A DNA stretch of 63,830 nucleotides, filler included, from Octopus bimaculoides (taxonomy: Eukaryota), in assembly GCF_001194135.2 (NCBI RefSeq). It is 6 parts of 6 records of this genome, joined end to end, with 100 filler letters (N's around TTAATTAATTAA, not from the genome) between each part and the next. Parts side by side here need not be neighbours in the genome. Positions count along the whole stretch, not along the records: positions 32,105 to 43,542 come from NC_068987.1; positions 43,643 to 60,475 come from NC_068988.1; 4 more parts are not named here. One strand, written 5' to 3'. Within the stretch, counting starts at the first letter, position 1. Each line of letters starts with the position of its first letter. Below are positions 40,902 to 55,394 of this stretch, piece after piece. The position numbers and the translations under genes were made by a program. The notes below the pieces were generated by a model. That model made no database searches. It was not told the DNA's origin and worked only from the letters and a program-made list of their open reading frames with translations.

Positions 40902-41279
40902 GTGATACAAATATTTATCAGTTTCTAGTGCACTGCTCAATAGCTAATTTTAGTTCGATCAATTGCTATCTCGTCAGAAACAAATTAATTAAATACCGGA
41001 AGCCAGATTGGAAGAAGCACCGGATAGTGGAATGGGTGGTGTATTGAACAACAACCTGAAGGTGTATCGGTTCGAATCTTGTCCTACGTATGAAGTGTGC
41101 TTTAAAATAAATTATATGAGAAGTGGATATAACATTAAATTAAGTTCTTAAATGCTGAAAATAACAGGTTTGCAATGTATTTGTTTGTGTATCTTTGTGC
41201 TCGTATTATGTTAGTCCCCCGCCAACAGAATAAGCATCAGTATTCATCCAAGGCTAAGACTACGGGCCACATGTCCCCT

Positions 41280-41610
41280 ACCCAATTCAGGATCACAACA
41301 CATAAATACACTGCAACACAATTTCTTTTCTTCAACAGACCCTGCCCTATTTAACATTGTCCTGAAACAGATCAAACAGGAAAACTATCCCATCACCTTT
41401 AAACGGAATCTGAACAAATTTCTTCAAGGAATACCAGATTAGCCACCTATACCTGGATACATCTCACTCAACAAGGCCTCCCTACTCGAATGCATCATGA
41501 TACCACAAAACTTGACTTAAAAAGAATTTAGCTAATCCTATCAGGTAATGCTATTAAGTTGGACATGGCCTGGACCAATCTTTGGTCGAAACATATCTGT
41601 TGTCTAAGTT
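41280..41610 (+). mobile_element. 3' end of a CR1/L2-group (Crack/Daphne-like) LINE
   Basis: Translates to PALFNIVLKQIK...FKRNLNKFLQGIPD*PPIPGYISLNKASLLE, resembling the GPxLFN...FKxxLDKFLxxIPDxPxxPGY C-terminus of L2/CR1-group RTs. The mariner starts directly after it. Confidence 0.7.
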
Positions 41611-41613
41611 ATG

Positions 41614-42290
41614 TACGAGGTCTGATCAATAAATATCTGGACTGTTGCCGTAGTAACGAAGCTAAAGCATGCAGAGTGAAGCCGCTTGGCAAAAATTGAT
41701 CGTGAACGCTGTTGTGCATGTGCACTAAGTTTTAACACTCTAGTTCACTTCTGCTGTTTACAGCAGTGCTTGAAAGGACGATGTGTAGTGTGTGATCGTT
41801 GCAGTGACTACGACAGAGAAAGTTGTCATGGTGATACCTGCACAGAGGCCTACGCAAAGTATTAAAAAGTGTATGGAGAGGAGTGTATGAACCGCACACA
41901 TGTGTATGAGTGGTTCAGACGTTTCTAAGATGGCCGAAAAAATGTCGATATTGACGAACGTTCTGGGAGACCTGAAACCAACACCACTGAGAAAAACATC
42001 GCAGATGTGATGCAGCTGTGAGGGGAAATCGTCGAATCCCCATCCGTGAGTTATCAGAAGATGTGAAGATTAGTTACGGTTCAGTTCCGTCCATTATCAC
42101 TGAAGATTTGGGTATGAGACGCATATCTACCAAGTTTGTGTCACAACTGCTTTCAGCTGACCAAAAAGAGACTCGGGTTTCAGTTGCAAAATATCTCTTT
42201 GATTGTGTCGAGAACAATGAAAACTTTTCGAAAATTTTGCGTAGGTCTCTGAGCAGGTATCACCAATTCTCTAAGTTGTCTTCACAGCTT
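41614..42290 (+). mobile_element. Mariner (Tc1/mariner) transposon, left end and decayed 5' transposase
   Basis: Begins TA|CGAGGTCTGATCAATAAA (TA target plus TIR-like start). Translation VYEWFRRF*DGRKNVDIDERSGRP, then after a frameshift NRRIPIRELSEDVKISYGSV..IITEDLGMRRISTKFVSQLLSADQK: mariner HTH region with stops. Runs into an N gap. Confidence 0.92.
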
Positions 42291-43510
42291 TNNNNNNNNN
42301 NNNNNNNNNNNNNNNNNNNNNNNNNNNNNNNNNNNNNNNNNNNNNNNNNNNNNNNNNNNNNNNNNNNNNNNNNNNNNNNNNNNNNNNNNNNNNNNNNNNN
42401 NNNNNNNNNNNNNNNNNNNNNNNNNNNNNNNNNNNNNNNNNNNNNNNNNNNNNNNNNNNNNNNNNNNNNNNNNNNNNNNNNNNNNNNNNNNNNNNNNNNN
42501 NNNNNNNNNNNNNNNNNNNNNNNNNNNNNNNNNNNNNNNNNNNNNNNNNNNNNNNNNNNNNNNNNNNNNNNNNNNNNNNNNNNNNNNNNNNNNNNNNNNN
42601 NNNNNNNNNNNNNNNNNNNNNNNNNNNNNNNNNNNNNNNNNNNNNNNNNNNNNNNNNNNNNNNNNNNNNNNNNNNNNNNNNNNNNNNNNNNNNNNNNNNN
42701 NNNNNNNNNNNNNNNNNNNNNNNNNNNNNNNNNNNNNNNNNNNNNNNNNNNNNACAATACATATAAATATATGTGTATATGCATGTTTGCACTTAAACCA
42801 TTCATTCTATGAATATACTGCGCAATATTCAAATTTTCCTGTCGTCTGCTTTCAATGAATAAATAAAGCACAAGAACTCAGAAAAATTCTACTGCATATT
42901 TCAGTGTAATCGATAAAGCAACAGATACTAAGAATCATATTTCCCATAGTTTGGTATTCAAACATAGAATGTTATATTGAAAGTTTCCGGGTGACATAAA
43001 ACTCTTCAGTAAAAGAATTTGAATAACATACGATAAGTAACAAATACTAAATTTTCTTCTTTCATTATGTTTCTCATTTTATACGTTTTCCCCCTCTTTT
43101 TTTGTTTCGACTTTTTCTTCACTTTCGTTCGGGTGTTTGAATTGGAGGGAAAAATAGCGTATATGTACATCTTGATAACTGGTTTATATCAGGTTATAAA
43201 TCTTGTGGCTGATCAGCCTGTCTATACCTACAAAGAATTATGCAATAAAATGCACAATTTTTTATATTTGTAAATATATATTTAAGAGGGAGAGAGAGAG
43301 AGAGAGAGAGAGTGCGAGAGAGTGTGTATGTGTGCACGTGAGTGTGTATGTGTGCGTGTGTGGGTATATATACTTATGTATTATGTATGATTAGATGTAT
43401 AGTATATGTTCTCATATGCATGCGTGTGTATATATATATTTATTTATTTATATATGTATGTATATACATATATACATACATACATACATATACATACATA
43501 TATATATGTA

Positions 43511-43542
<32 letters not shown>

Positions 43543-43856
43543 NNNNNNNNNNNNNNNNNNNNNNNNNNNNNNNNNNNNNNNNNNNNTTAATTAATTAANN
43601 NNNNNNNNNNNNNNNNNNNNNNNNNNNNNNNNNNNNNNNNNNATATACACATATATATATATACACACACATGCGTATATATATATGCATGTATAAATAT
43701 ATATATGTAATACACATATGTATAAATATACACATATGTATAAATATATACATATGTATATATACACACACACATACACACACACAGACTCACACACACA
43801 CACACACATATATATATAGACACATATATTTATGTGTATCTAAATATATATTCATG

Positions 43857-43890
<34 letters not shown>

Positions 43891-44032
43891 AATGCATGTA
43901 TGTATAAATGTATGTTTTTATGTATATACATTTTTTGTGTACATATATGCGTATGCAGGTCTGTGTATATATGTTTGTATGTATGTATGTATGTATCTAT
44001 CTATATATATATATATAAATATATATATACAT

Positions 44033-44089
<57 letters not shown>

Positions 44090-44252
44090 GAGAGAGAGAG
44101 AGAGATACACACATGCATGCATATGTATATGAGTATTCGTATACATGTAGATATATATGTATACATACATATCTATTTATATATCTATACACATACATGC
44201 ACACATATGTTTATACACACATATATATACATATAAAGGTATGTTTAAAATA

Positions 44253-44286
<34 letters not shown>

Positions 44287-44687
44287 GATATAGATATATG
44301 TATGGGTATGTATATGTGTGTGTGTATATGTATATATGTGTGTATATATATAGATACATAGACACACATATATATACACACACACAGACACATACACACA
44401 TACAAACACACAGAGACACTCACACACACACACACATACATATATGGATACCCCATGTATTGATACATGGCTTCAATCATACGTTTTGTGTGTTGTAGAA
44501 ATTAACTGTAGCCATTTTTGCTATTATCTAGAATATGGAAAAAAGAGTCAGAATTTTGATAGAAAAAGAACATTGTGCTTGAATAAATGAAAGACTGTTT
44601 TGTTATTGTTGATTTTTGTTCATAGATAGAATTCAAAAAGTCTTATAAAAAACGTATCTTCTAATTTACATACGTACTCCAAATGTG

Positions 44688-44733
<46 letters not shown>

Positions 44734-44919
44734 NNNNNNNNNNNNNNNNNNNNNNNNNNNNNNNNNNNNNNNNNNNNNNNNNNNNNNNNNNNNNNNNNNN
44801 NNNNNNNNNNNNNNNNNNNNNNNNNNNNNNNNNNNNNNNNNNNNNNNNNNNNNNNNNNNNNNNNNNNNNNNNNNNNNNNNNNNNNNNNNNNNTATATATA
44901 TATATATATATACATATAC

Positions 44920-44954
<35 letters not shown>

Positions 44955-45094
44955 GTACATTATATACATATATATATATATGCATATATACATACATTAT
45001 ATATATATGCATATTTATATATGCATACATATATATGCATATATATATATATATATGCATATATATATATATATGCATATATATATGTAATTGC

Positions 45095-45147
<53 letters not shown>

Positions 45148-45757
45148 CACACATATATATCTATGTGTTTATATATACACACATATTGCCTGAGGGAATT
45201 GAAAGTTTGTTGGGGGTGGTTTGTGTTTGTAATATACATAAAATTATGTAATATACATAAAGTTATATAACTTTCTTTTGTTGTTTTACAATGCTCTGTG
45301 CACATATATTCAACAAGGTGTGTTTCTTTCTTTGAAAAAAAAAATGGATTTTCATTATTATTATTATAATTATTATAATAATTATCATTTTTGTTATTAC
45401 TATTATTATAATTATTATTATTACCATTATTATTATTTATTCTTTATATCATTTTTGTATGTTCTTTTTTACATGGATGCAGCAAAAAAATATTATCATT
45501 TATTTCGAACATATCTTTTTGTCTGTTTTATGCATATTGTGGGAACTTTTTCTTTTCTGCCTGTGAAATATACTTTTTGTTGGCTGTTTTGTTCAAAAAT
45601 TGCATTGGAGGTGGTGGAGGTGGTCGTGATAGTCTTTTTTTCTAATCTTTCTTCTTTCTCTTTGTTTGATTTTTGGCTTGTTTTTTGTTTTCATTTCAAA
45701 ATTGAAATAATTGTTCTTTTTGCAAAAAATCCATGTAAAGTCATTTTCATTTTCCAG

Positions 45758-45798
45758 TTTTTGCCTTCACCCCTTTCACCTTTACATGTGGGCTGCTA
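45758..45798 (+). CDS. Candidate 41-nt exon (FAFTPFTFTCGLL or FCLHPFHLYMWAA)
   Basis: cattttcattttccAG acceptor and |GTAAGA donor. Confidence 0.3.
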
Positions 45799-46616
45799 GT
45801 AAGAAATATATTTAGTTCAGGGTATATGGAGGTTTTGTTAATCATTTTTTCAAATGTAGCTGAAAAATAATCACAAAACCCATGAAATATGAACATGAAG
45901 TAAAGAAAGAAAGAAAACTAACATGTGGCAAAATATGGAATCCTCCAAAGTAATTTTTATCTAATTTTTGAAATATTTTCCCTTGTATTCCCTTTAATAT
46001 TTAACCCATCCCATGCATTTGATTTTATCAATAGACAAAGTCTTTATATGAATGATACAACATATTTAAAATTTAAACTTGAATTTGAATAAAACTTTTG
46101 GTTTGAAATTTCTATTTGACTAATAAAAAATGTTTTCAGTAATTTTGTTTCAACAATTTAGGGGTTAACTGTACACATACATGAATTTATCAAGGGTTGC
46201 TTGTTTCAAATTTTTTTTTCCCCAAAGTAACAAAGAAAAAATATTTAAGAAAATGGAGAAAAATGAAGTAATTTGTGCAGATATTTTCATATATTAAAAC
46301 AAGGAAGTATCAGTAATACTTATATATATATATATATATATGTGTGTGTATGTGTGTGTATGTGTGACTTTTTTCTATATATTGTGACAGAAAAAACATA
46401 AAACTACACAATACACTCATTGCTGAGAAATGTGACAGAGTGTTAGATACATTTGCCATAAGAAAAGTATAAAAAGCACTGCATATTTCAACATAATATT
46501 CAGTTCAACCAATGTGTGTTTGTATATCTGTGTGATGGTCAACTTTAACCATGAAGCAGTTGATATGTCTGGTTGACCAAAGCAACAATTTGAGAAACAT
46601 TATGTAGATGTATGTA

Positions 46617-46676
<60 letters not shown>

Positions 46677-47363
46677 AAATATATAATACTGTAGCAAGAA
46701 CTTACGTTTTATTATTCTACTCTATATATATGTGTGTATATGTATATATTATATAAAAGTTTGTATCAATAATGTATAGGTGGTTCTTTGCCTCAGGCAT
46801 AAGAGAAACTTTCTTTTAATTTTACTATAAGACAGAAATAAGATACTGTGATGCTCATGCCTTTCCAACAGAAGGTAGTTTACAGCTTTGGAATTGGGAA
46901 GTGAATCAGAGAATTAGTAAAGGAAACTTTCATCTCTGTGTGCATGCACTTATAGACATGTAAACTTATACACACACACATATGTATGTATATGTATACT
47001 TTACACCCCCCATACACAAATGATATACATATGCAGTCATACATATATACAAGCATATATGAACTGTATACGAGTATCTAAAAGTAATTCATAACCAAGC
47101 ATGTATGATGTATCCCATGAAATCATATTAGTAATGAATGCTGAAGAAATGTTGAAATATTAATGAGTCTATGTCATGGTATTGACAAAGAAGTTTGTAT
47201 ATAGATTAGAGTATCTGAGAAATGGTTTTCTTGAAAATATTATCTCTAAATTAAAAGAGGGAAGTGAAATAAAAAATTAAATATCTTAGCAAGTTTTGAA
47301 AATTTATACCTACATATGTACATACATGCATACATACATGTATGTATGTTTCTGTGCATTTGT

Positions 47364-47413
<50 letters not shown>

Positions 47414-48589
47414 ACGCACACACACACACACACACACATCCATAAATATATGAATGACTATGTGGGGCCATGTAATTTTAATGTCTGAATGCACATAAAT
47501 TCGTAAGTACTGCTCTGTTTGCATATTTGTTTGCTTGTGTATGAGTGTGTGTGTGTGTAGGGAGAGAAAGAGAGAGAGAAATAAATAGACACACAAAAAC
47601 AGGCAGGTATCAGAAAGACAGACAATCAGATAAATAGATAATTATCTAAATTAGCACATGAAAATTTACAAAATATATATTTGTTTCTGTTAATGTAATG
47701 TTGTCTTTGATATGAGGACTTTCCAATCCATACTACTTATCTTTAGTATCATGGTTTAAAGCATGTAACAGATAGTGCATGAGGCTATCACATCTATCAA
47801 CATTCCCAGATGCTGTTGTGCTACCTATTGATATTAAGGGCCAGGTGAACCGAAACAATCTAAGATATAGTTGCTTGTTTCGAAAACACAATATAGATGA
47901 AGCAAAGTAACTCTCTCTTGGATAGTACACCAATCTGTCACTGACACTTTAATGACTGATCCTATCAAGAACTAAGATAACACTATCAAAGTGAATTGTT
48001 TTAAAAGCAAATCCCCTGTTAATCAATGTTAAGTTCATACCTATTCCTTTCAAGAGTTAGATGCACTAAAGTAATATCGAAGAAAGTGTATTCTTTCCCA
48101 GAAACACAACAAAATACATCAGCAATTTTGTTTACCACATTTCTGTGGAAATATACTGCCCTTTGCTTCAATTTGAAAATAATGAAAAATTTAGTAAAAT
48201 AAGTTTGTCATTATTAAGCATAACATATTTATTAACATAAATAAACATAAGATTTTAATGGAAAGTGTTAATTTAGGTCACTTTAAAACAAAAAGTTTGT
48301 ATTTTAGAACCAGAAGCATTTCCAGACATCCAAGCAGTTGGTATTAAAAGGGTTTAGTAAATTTGAACTTAAAGCTGATGACCCAATTGTCAATACTGCA
48401 TCAATACAGCCATGACCTTTGTTTACATTTGTTTCAAAACTCTAATTATATGTTATACCATACCATGATCTATCAGTCAATTTATACTTCCAATATGTTA
48501 TGGAATTGAGGACAGGTCAATCAGTTATGCAATATGGGTCATATCAGCTCATTATATCTCACCTTATAGAAATAAACAACTTGCATAAA

Positions 48590-49420
48590 TGTCTATTGAG
48601 AAGTGTCATAAACACTTCACAGAAATGTCTTAAAGCCATTATCAAAATATCATAATTACAACAAAAGTGTCACAAACTAAAGTACCTGTGTTCGTTGTCA
48701 GCAGTCAGGACCCTGCATCATTCAGGAATTCCATGCTTTCAGAAATTCATTGACACTTTTCCTAATGTGTTGATGTACTCTTTCCTTTTTATGACTCTTT
48801 TACTGTTCACTATCTTAAGTTTTACACTGAGTACTAACCATGTATTTTTGGTTATCATTGCTGATTTTCTGTCCTTTGCCTATTGCTTCTTTCTGTCCCT
48901 TTTACGATGAGTTGCAGTTCATCTGAGCACTTTATACAGTAAGTTCATAGAAATATCACATACAGTTTATTGAAGTGTTTTACAGATATGTTATAAATAC
49001 CTACAAAAATGTTATAAAACTTCTAGAAGTACCATAAATATTTCATAGAAATGTGAAAAATACCTAATTGAAAAGTCATAGACACCATTACAGAAGTACC
49101 ATAAAGCTTTAGATAAGTATTGCTAAAACTGTATAAAAATGTAATGAATTCTATTTGGGAAATGTTGCAAACAGCATTATGGAAATGTCATAACTAGTAT
49201 CATAGAAACATCATAATCAACATCAGAGAAATGTTATAAAAGCTTTCAAAAAGATGTCATAAACACTATTATAGCAATCTCATAGAAATAATTGCAACAA
49301 TAGATATGTCATAAGTGCAATATAGAAATGTCATAAGCAGCTTCTTGATGTGTCATAAATATCATTAGGATGTCTTAAGCATCCTATAGAAGTATGATAT
49401 GTAGAAGTATGAACATGTTT
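48590..49420. repeat. Degenerate minisatellite with a unit of about 22 bp ((ta)gaaatgtcataa...)
   Basis: Recurrent agaaatgtcataa / aaatgttataaa / atgtcataa. Interrupted by the 48719-48935 repeat. Confidence 0.7.
48719..48935. repeat. Unclassified dispersed repeat, copy 1 (copy 2 at about 54790-54963)
   Basis: Shared blocks ttttactgttc, tatcattg.tg.ttttctgtcc, and gagttg.agt...ct.agcac in both copies. Confidence 0.7.
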
Positions 49421-49605
49421 TTTGGAGAGAAAGTAAGGTAAATTTAGCAATAAATGATTGATTATCATCAAACATAACATCATTCATTGTTTTTGTTGCT
49501 GTGTACCAGTTTTATCAGTTTGTCACCTATCAATGACTGTTTGAACAGAAAGTTTGAGTTATAAAGAGAAGGAAGTTAAAGAAATGGGTGAGAAAGTGTG
49601 TGCAG

Positions 49606-49639
<34 letters not shown>

Positions 49640-50463
49640 NNNNNNNNNNNNNNNNNNNNNNNNNNNNNNNNNNNNNNNNNNNNNNNNNNNNNNNNNNNNN
49701 NNNNNNNNNNNNNNNNNNNNNNNNNNNNNNNNNNNNNNNNNNNNNNNNNNNNNNNNNNNNNNNNNNNNNNNNNNNNNNNNNNNNNNNNNNNNNNNNNNNN
49801 NNNNNNNNNNNNNNNNNNNNNNNNNNNNNNNNNNNNNNNNNNNNNNNNNNNNNNNNNNNNNNNNNNNNNNNNNNNNNNNNNNNNNNNNNNNNNNNNNNNN
49901 NNNNNNNNNNNNNNNNNNNNNNNNNNNNNNNNNNNNNNNNNNNNNNNNNNNNNNNNNNNNNNNNNNNNNNNNNNNNNNNNNNNNNNNNNNNNNNNNNNNN
50001 NNNNNNNNNNNNNNNNNNNNNNNNNNNNNNNNNNNNNNNNNNNNNNNNNNNNNNNNNNNNNNNNNNATATTGGTTGTAACATTGTAATGCAATAAAATTT
50101 GTTCTATCTTGTATTATACCTACTTCATGTAAAAATGTATTTTTGTGTGCTATGTTTTTATAGGAGATACTTAAAGATCCTATCATTACTATTATTAGCA
50201 ATGTTGTGTCATTGTAGACTGAGATTTTTTGTTCAGCTGAGCTAACATTTGCAATAACGCCCATTAATTTGCCAACCACCTGTTTTTTAATTCACATGAT
50301 GAAATTAGAAGTTTTTTTCTATGTTTATGAAGAAATTATGAAGAAAGCATTGCATATGAGGGGTTTCAAGCTACCAAAAACACACAGACACATACTTCTA
50401 CATAAGTATAAATGTGTGCACGTGTGAGCATGTATGTTATATTGCTGTTTCTTTCTCTTCCTG

Positions 50464-50503
<40 letters not shown>

Positions 50504-51367
50504 AAAGAATTCGGCTATCAGAGTTCCAGAGATGTTGAAACCAGCTATGTTATAGCTGATGAGGCATTATGAATGAAATAAAAAATATGCCCTTAGGACT
50601 AGGTCACAAGTCAAATTTTACACACTAGAATAAATTTGTCTACAGTGATGAGAAGAAAATTGAAATATACATGGTAGGGCACCTCCTTGGAAAACAGTCA
50701 ATTGTGGAATGGTTTTTTGCAGCCATGATCCACCACACCCTCCATTCAGTTGCAGAATTTTAAAGTTCTGATGTCTGACCTTATACCACCAAGATTGTTC
50801 AAACTGTGCAACAGAAGCAATAATTTTGGAAATACATTTACATAAATCATACATTTAAAAAACAAATTCCATACACAATATACTATGTATTTATATAAAC
50901 ATATGTATTTACACACATGTCAGAATAGGACATATGGACATTCACATACACACATTTTTATATTGTTAGGCCATATATTACTGGTCATGTCATATAACTG
51001 ATCAGAATGTTAGCATTGGTTTCATACTGAATATTGCATCAGCATGAAACCAAAGGTAATACTGTGACCAATGATATGTCATAATCAGTAATGTATATCT
51101 TGAAAATATAATATACCCACTCTATTACATGTCACTGAGTGTGCCCATAAAGCAACACTAATCCATGTCTGAATATTAATGATCTAAATGATTCAGTACT
51201 TAACTCCAATTTCTATAGTGACTGATGTATAAAACCCTCCCCCATACATTTATATGATATGCATTATACCTTAGAATTCAATTAAACATCCAGTGGATTT
51301 AGACTTTATATGGACTGGAGGTTGTTCTTACTTGCAGTGAGACATGTAATATATACCTATGCTGACA

Positions 51368-51414
<47 letters not shown>

Positions 51415-51420
<6 letters not shown>

Positions 51421-51625
51421 ACTTGGGGATGGTCATATTGCCAGTTTAGCCAATAAAAACACACGCACTGTATATTTGGTGTTAATTTGCTTCAGCTTTA
51501 TATTACATTAATCTTAATAAGATTAAGATTAATGTAATATAAAGCTGAAGCAAATTAACACCAAATATACAGTGCGTGTGTTTTTATTGGCTAAACTGGC
51601 AATATGACCATTTCCAAGTACAACA
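51415..51625. repeat. Long inverted repeat: 102-bp arms, 7-nt spacer
   Basis: 51415-51516 is the reverse complement of 51524-51625, with 2 mismatches. Confidence 0.97.
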
Positions 51626-51667
51626 ACATCTGTTTCAACACACGATTTCACATCAAAAATCTTGCAA

Positions 51668-51700
<33 letters not shown>

Positions 51701-51949
51701 CAATTGAGTCACCTTTCATTTGTAACACCTTCCTTATATTCAAATACTGAAATAATCAAATCCTTATTTTTTCTCAATGAGGTTCTAATTATATACAACT
51801 GGAGGTGTTTGATGAAAAAGGTAATATGTGCAATTACCAAGCATATGGTACAAGTGAATACAAACATGCGGTTATCTGTGATAGCGGCAATACCAGCACT
51901 ACTACTAATGATAAGGATTTCTTTTAATAAGGATAATAATATTTGTCTC

Positions 51950-52410
51950 TAATTTAGGCACAAGGCCAGCAGTTTTGAGGGGAGGAAATTAGACAATACC
52001 ATTAGCCTCCACTATATGATTGGTATCCCAGACGGATAAAAAGCAAAGGTGATCTTGACAGGATTTGAACTCATAATGTCAACAGTCTGACGAAATATTG
52101 TGAAGCGTTTTTCTGATGTTCTAATGATTCTACCAACTCACCACCTGATGCAAATGATGATGATGATATTGATGATAACTACAATAATTATTAATTGCTT
52201 CAAATTTTGGCACAAGGCCAGTAATTTTGTGGGGAGGATGTTAGTTGATTACATCAACCCCAGTTCTTAATTTATACACTATTTTATTGACCCCCACTCC
52301 CAAGGCAAAGTTGACCTCAGCAGGATTTGAGTTAATCACATAAAGTGCCAGAAGAAATGCTGCTAAGAATTTTGTTTGACAAATTCGTGATTCTGCCAGC
52401 TCACTGCCTT
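51950..52410 (-). mobile_element. SINE family A, two CpG-eroded copies
   Basis: Same unit with CG changed to TG/CA (gttgattacatcaacccc, ttattgacccc, gttgacctcagcagg). Confidence 0.85.
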
Positions 52411-53051
52411 ATGATGATTATAATAATAAAAACAATAATGATTTGTATATTTGGCACAAGGGCAAAACTAATACAAAACATTAAAATACATTACGGTGGC
52501 ATAATACCTTAGGTGTATACAAAAATAATAAGTGTACAAAAAGACATAACACGAAACACACATACACACATGCACACTCTTACATCTATATTTGCATTGA
52601 AATACATTCCTGCAAGCTCATAAATTTAAATTTTAAAAAATGATCTACATAAATAATGTACTGAATTTTTAGTAAGTTGTAATTTGAGAGCTACACTGAA
52701 CATATATGTGTGTATGTGTATGTGTGTGTGTGTGTGTGAGTGTGTGTGTACATACACACATTCACACAAGCATATCTAGATATACATGATGTATATATAG
52801 GACAGGTGATATTTACATAATGCATGTTTATATATATATATATAGATAGATAGATATAGATATGATGTGCGTGCACACACACACATATATATATATACAT
52901 ATACATATATATATATATATATAGTGAGAAAAAAAGGAAGAGAGAGATAGAGAAAAAGACGGAGAGAGATGCATGTGGTCACATTAATTTTTAGTACAAA
53001 TTATGTCTGAATGTAGGTTAATTAAAAAGCATTCCAGAGCATAAATGTTTC

Positions 53052-53095
<44 letters not shown>

Positions 53096-53454
53096 TATTT
53101 AGAAGGCTGGATAGCATATGTAAGATATTATTATTATCATTATTACTACTACTGCTGTTATATTAATTAAATGATATATTATGTAATAGATATTAGTGAT
53201 ATATTTGACAAGATGAGAGGGCAAGAGGCATGAATGCATGGAGACTGGAATAATATATACATATATATATATATATACATCATTGATACAGAAAAAAAAA
53301 TATTAAATATCTGAGTCAGAAAGAGCTTCAGATTTGAGTTTCTTGCAAAATTACAAGGGAAATTATTTTGGTCTTCCTGTGAACGTTAGATTGCAATCTT
53401 TTAAAAACCATCTGATACCTAAGACCATGTAAAGCAATCAAACTCAAAAGACAG

Positions 53455-53494
<40 letters not shown>

Positions 53495-54048
53495 TCATAA
53501 CCCCCAATGAAGACTGCATGCTCTGTAATATATAAATGCATTCAGGAATGTTTGAAAAATTCCAGTTTCACAGGGACATATTTTTTAGCCTGCTAAAGGT
53601 CGAAAATAATTTCCAAGTTGATTTCAAAGAAAATTCAGATCTGAAACATGGAAATTGCTGTTTCTGACTTAGTAATTCAGTGTGTATCTCTCTGAATCAA
53701 TAACAGCTCACCACTATATCTTGTGTTTAGGTGTGCTTATATTTTTGACTTACCAACTCACAATCGCTATATATATATATTATATCCTAGTTGAGAGTTT
53801 ACTCTGAGTTCCAATTTTAGCTGGGCTGTTTATGATAGAAGTGAACAGCTCAGCTGAAGGTAAAACTCAGAGAAGACTATCAACTTTCATGCAATAAAAA
53901 TATATCTAGCCAGTCTTTACAACGTATTGAGTTCTATTTCAGATAATGTTTGCACAATGTAAAACATATTCATGATATATTTTACTACTGGTACATTTAT
54001 AAATACATACATATATATACACATATATATATATACACATATGTACAT

Positions 54049-54094
<46 letters not shown>

Positions 54095-55394
54095 CAATAC
54101 ACACACACACACATATGTACACACATATATATTTGAAACTTCAGTTTTTAATGAAATATATATTCTCTAATTTATGTATTGAGTACATTTTCCTATTTGC
54201 TAAAACAAATGTCTATCAACCCATATGTATACATACATATAAATGTAAGTCAGAACTGCTGGAGGTAGCTGTATCTACTAATATAGTTGTGTTCAGGTGA
54301 ATATTTAATAAGACAGGGCACCTAGCGATAACAGAAACTGCTAAAACAACTATTACATTGCTAGAGAGAGAAGATAAATCTTATGTGTGAAGTACTTCAT
54401 ATTAACTGACTGCTACAAACATCTTCCTCGACTTCCATCCACTGTATCTAACCATAAAAATACTAGATGTCATGATTTTTATCATGTTTGTTTGCTTGAT
54501 GAATTAACTGGTTGTTTCAGAGCCCTGTACTCTAATAACCTAAAAACTACTAAAGCTAGTAACATACAACTTATGTATTTACACCTACTAAGCAAACTAT
54601 CTTTTAAAGATTGTTTTTATACTTATTAAGTTATTTGGCTATTAAATATGTTGCCTTGTTCTGTTGATACTGAGGAACACTATGATTTAATATACAATAA
54701 GTGAATTAAAAAGAAATATGTCAACACACATCTAGATGCAAGGTAACGCAATATCATTTGCATATTGATGGCGAAAAGGATTATTTCATGCTTCCCAAAA
54801 TTTGCCAACAATATTCTTGAAGTGCCTATGCACCCTTTTCCCCTTAAGGCTCTTTTACTGTTCCCTTTTTTGTGTACTGTGCATGTACTTTTAGCTATCA
54901 TTGTTGTTTTTCTGTCCCCTCTTTTACCCTTTTGCCAGTGAGTTGTAGTGTACCTAAGCACAATATAGAATAATCTCATTATTATCATTTTTTTATTTAC
55001 TATATATCAAGAAACATATTCACACACATGAGTACATAGCAACACAATATTGTCCTGATACTGGTGGTGGTAAGTGTTTATGATATAAAATATTATAATA
55101 TTTACCAAATATCAAAAAAATATATTTACACACACAATGCATTGTCTTCAGAAACTATTCAATGTGTCTTTACAATTTTTTAAGATGGTAAGGGTATGAT
55201 GAATGAAATTCAGCTACTATTTCTAGCATGTTAAACAAACAAGTGTATAGTCCCTAATTTACTTGAGATATTGGTGGTTTTAATAGTTTAGCAGTATAAA
55301 ATATATTCCCATTCTGACCACACATGCAGAGAAATACATTCACACATGGGTGCACACAAACACAATTACTTTCAGATATTTCTCTTTATAATAA

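Noticed and set aside
45278-45799. 173-aa hydrophobic ORF
   Set aside because: Results from T-rich and (ATT)n sequence; no recognisable domain.
47733-47933. 66-aa minus ORF as an exon
   Set aside because: No pyrimidine tract at the acceptor, no recognisable peptide, no codon bias.
50618-50854. Possible Tc1/mariner catalytic fragment (VFQGGALP)
   Set aside because: Similarity to FQQDGAPPH is too weak and no TIR was seen.
55152-55187. 36-nt exon-like segment with a GTAAGG donor
   Set aside because: The donor lies inside a dispersed repeat copy, so the match is likely coincidental.
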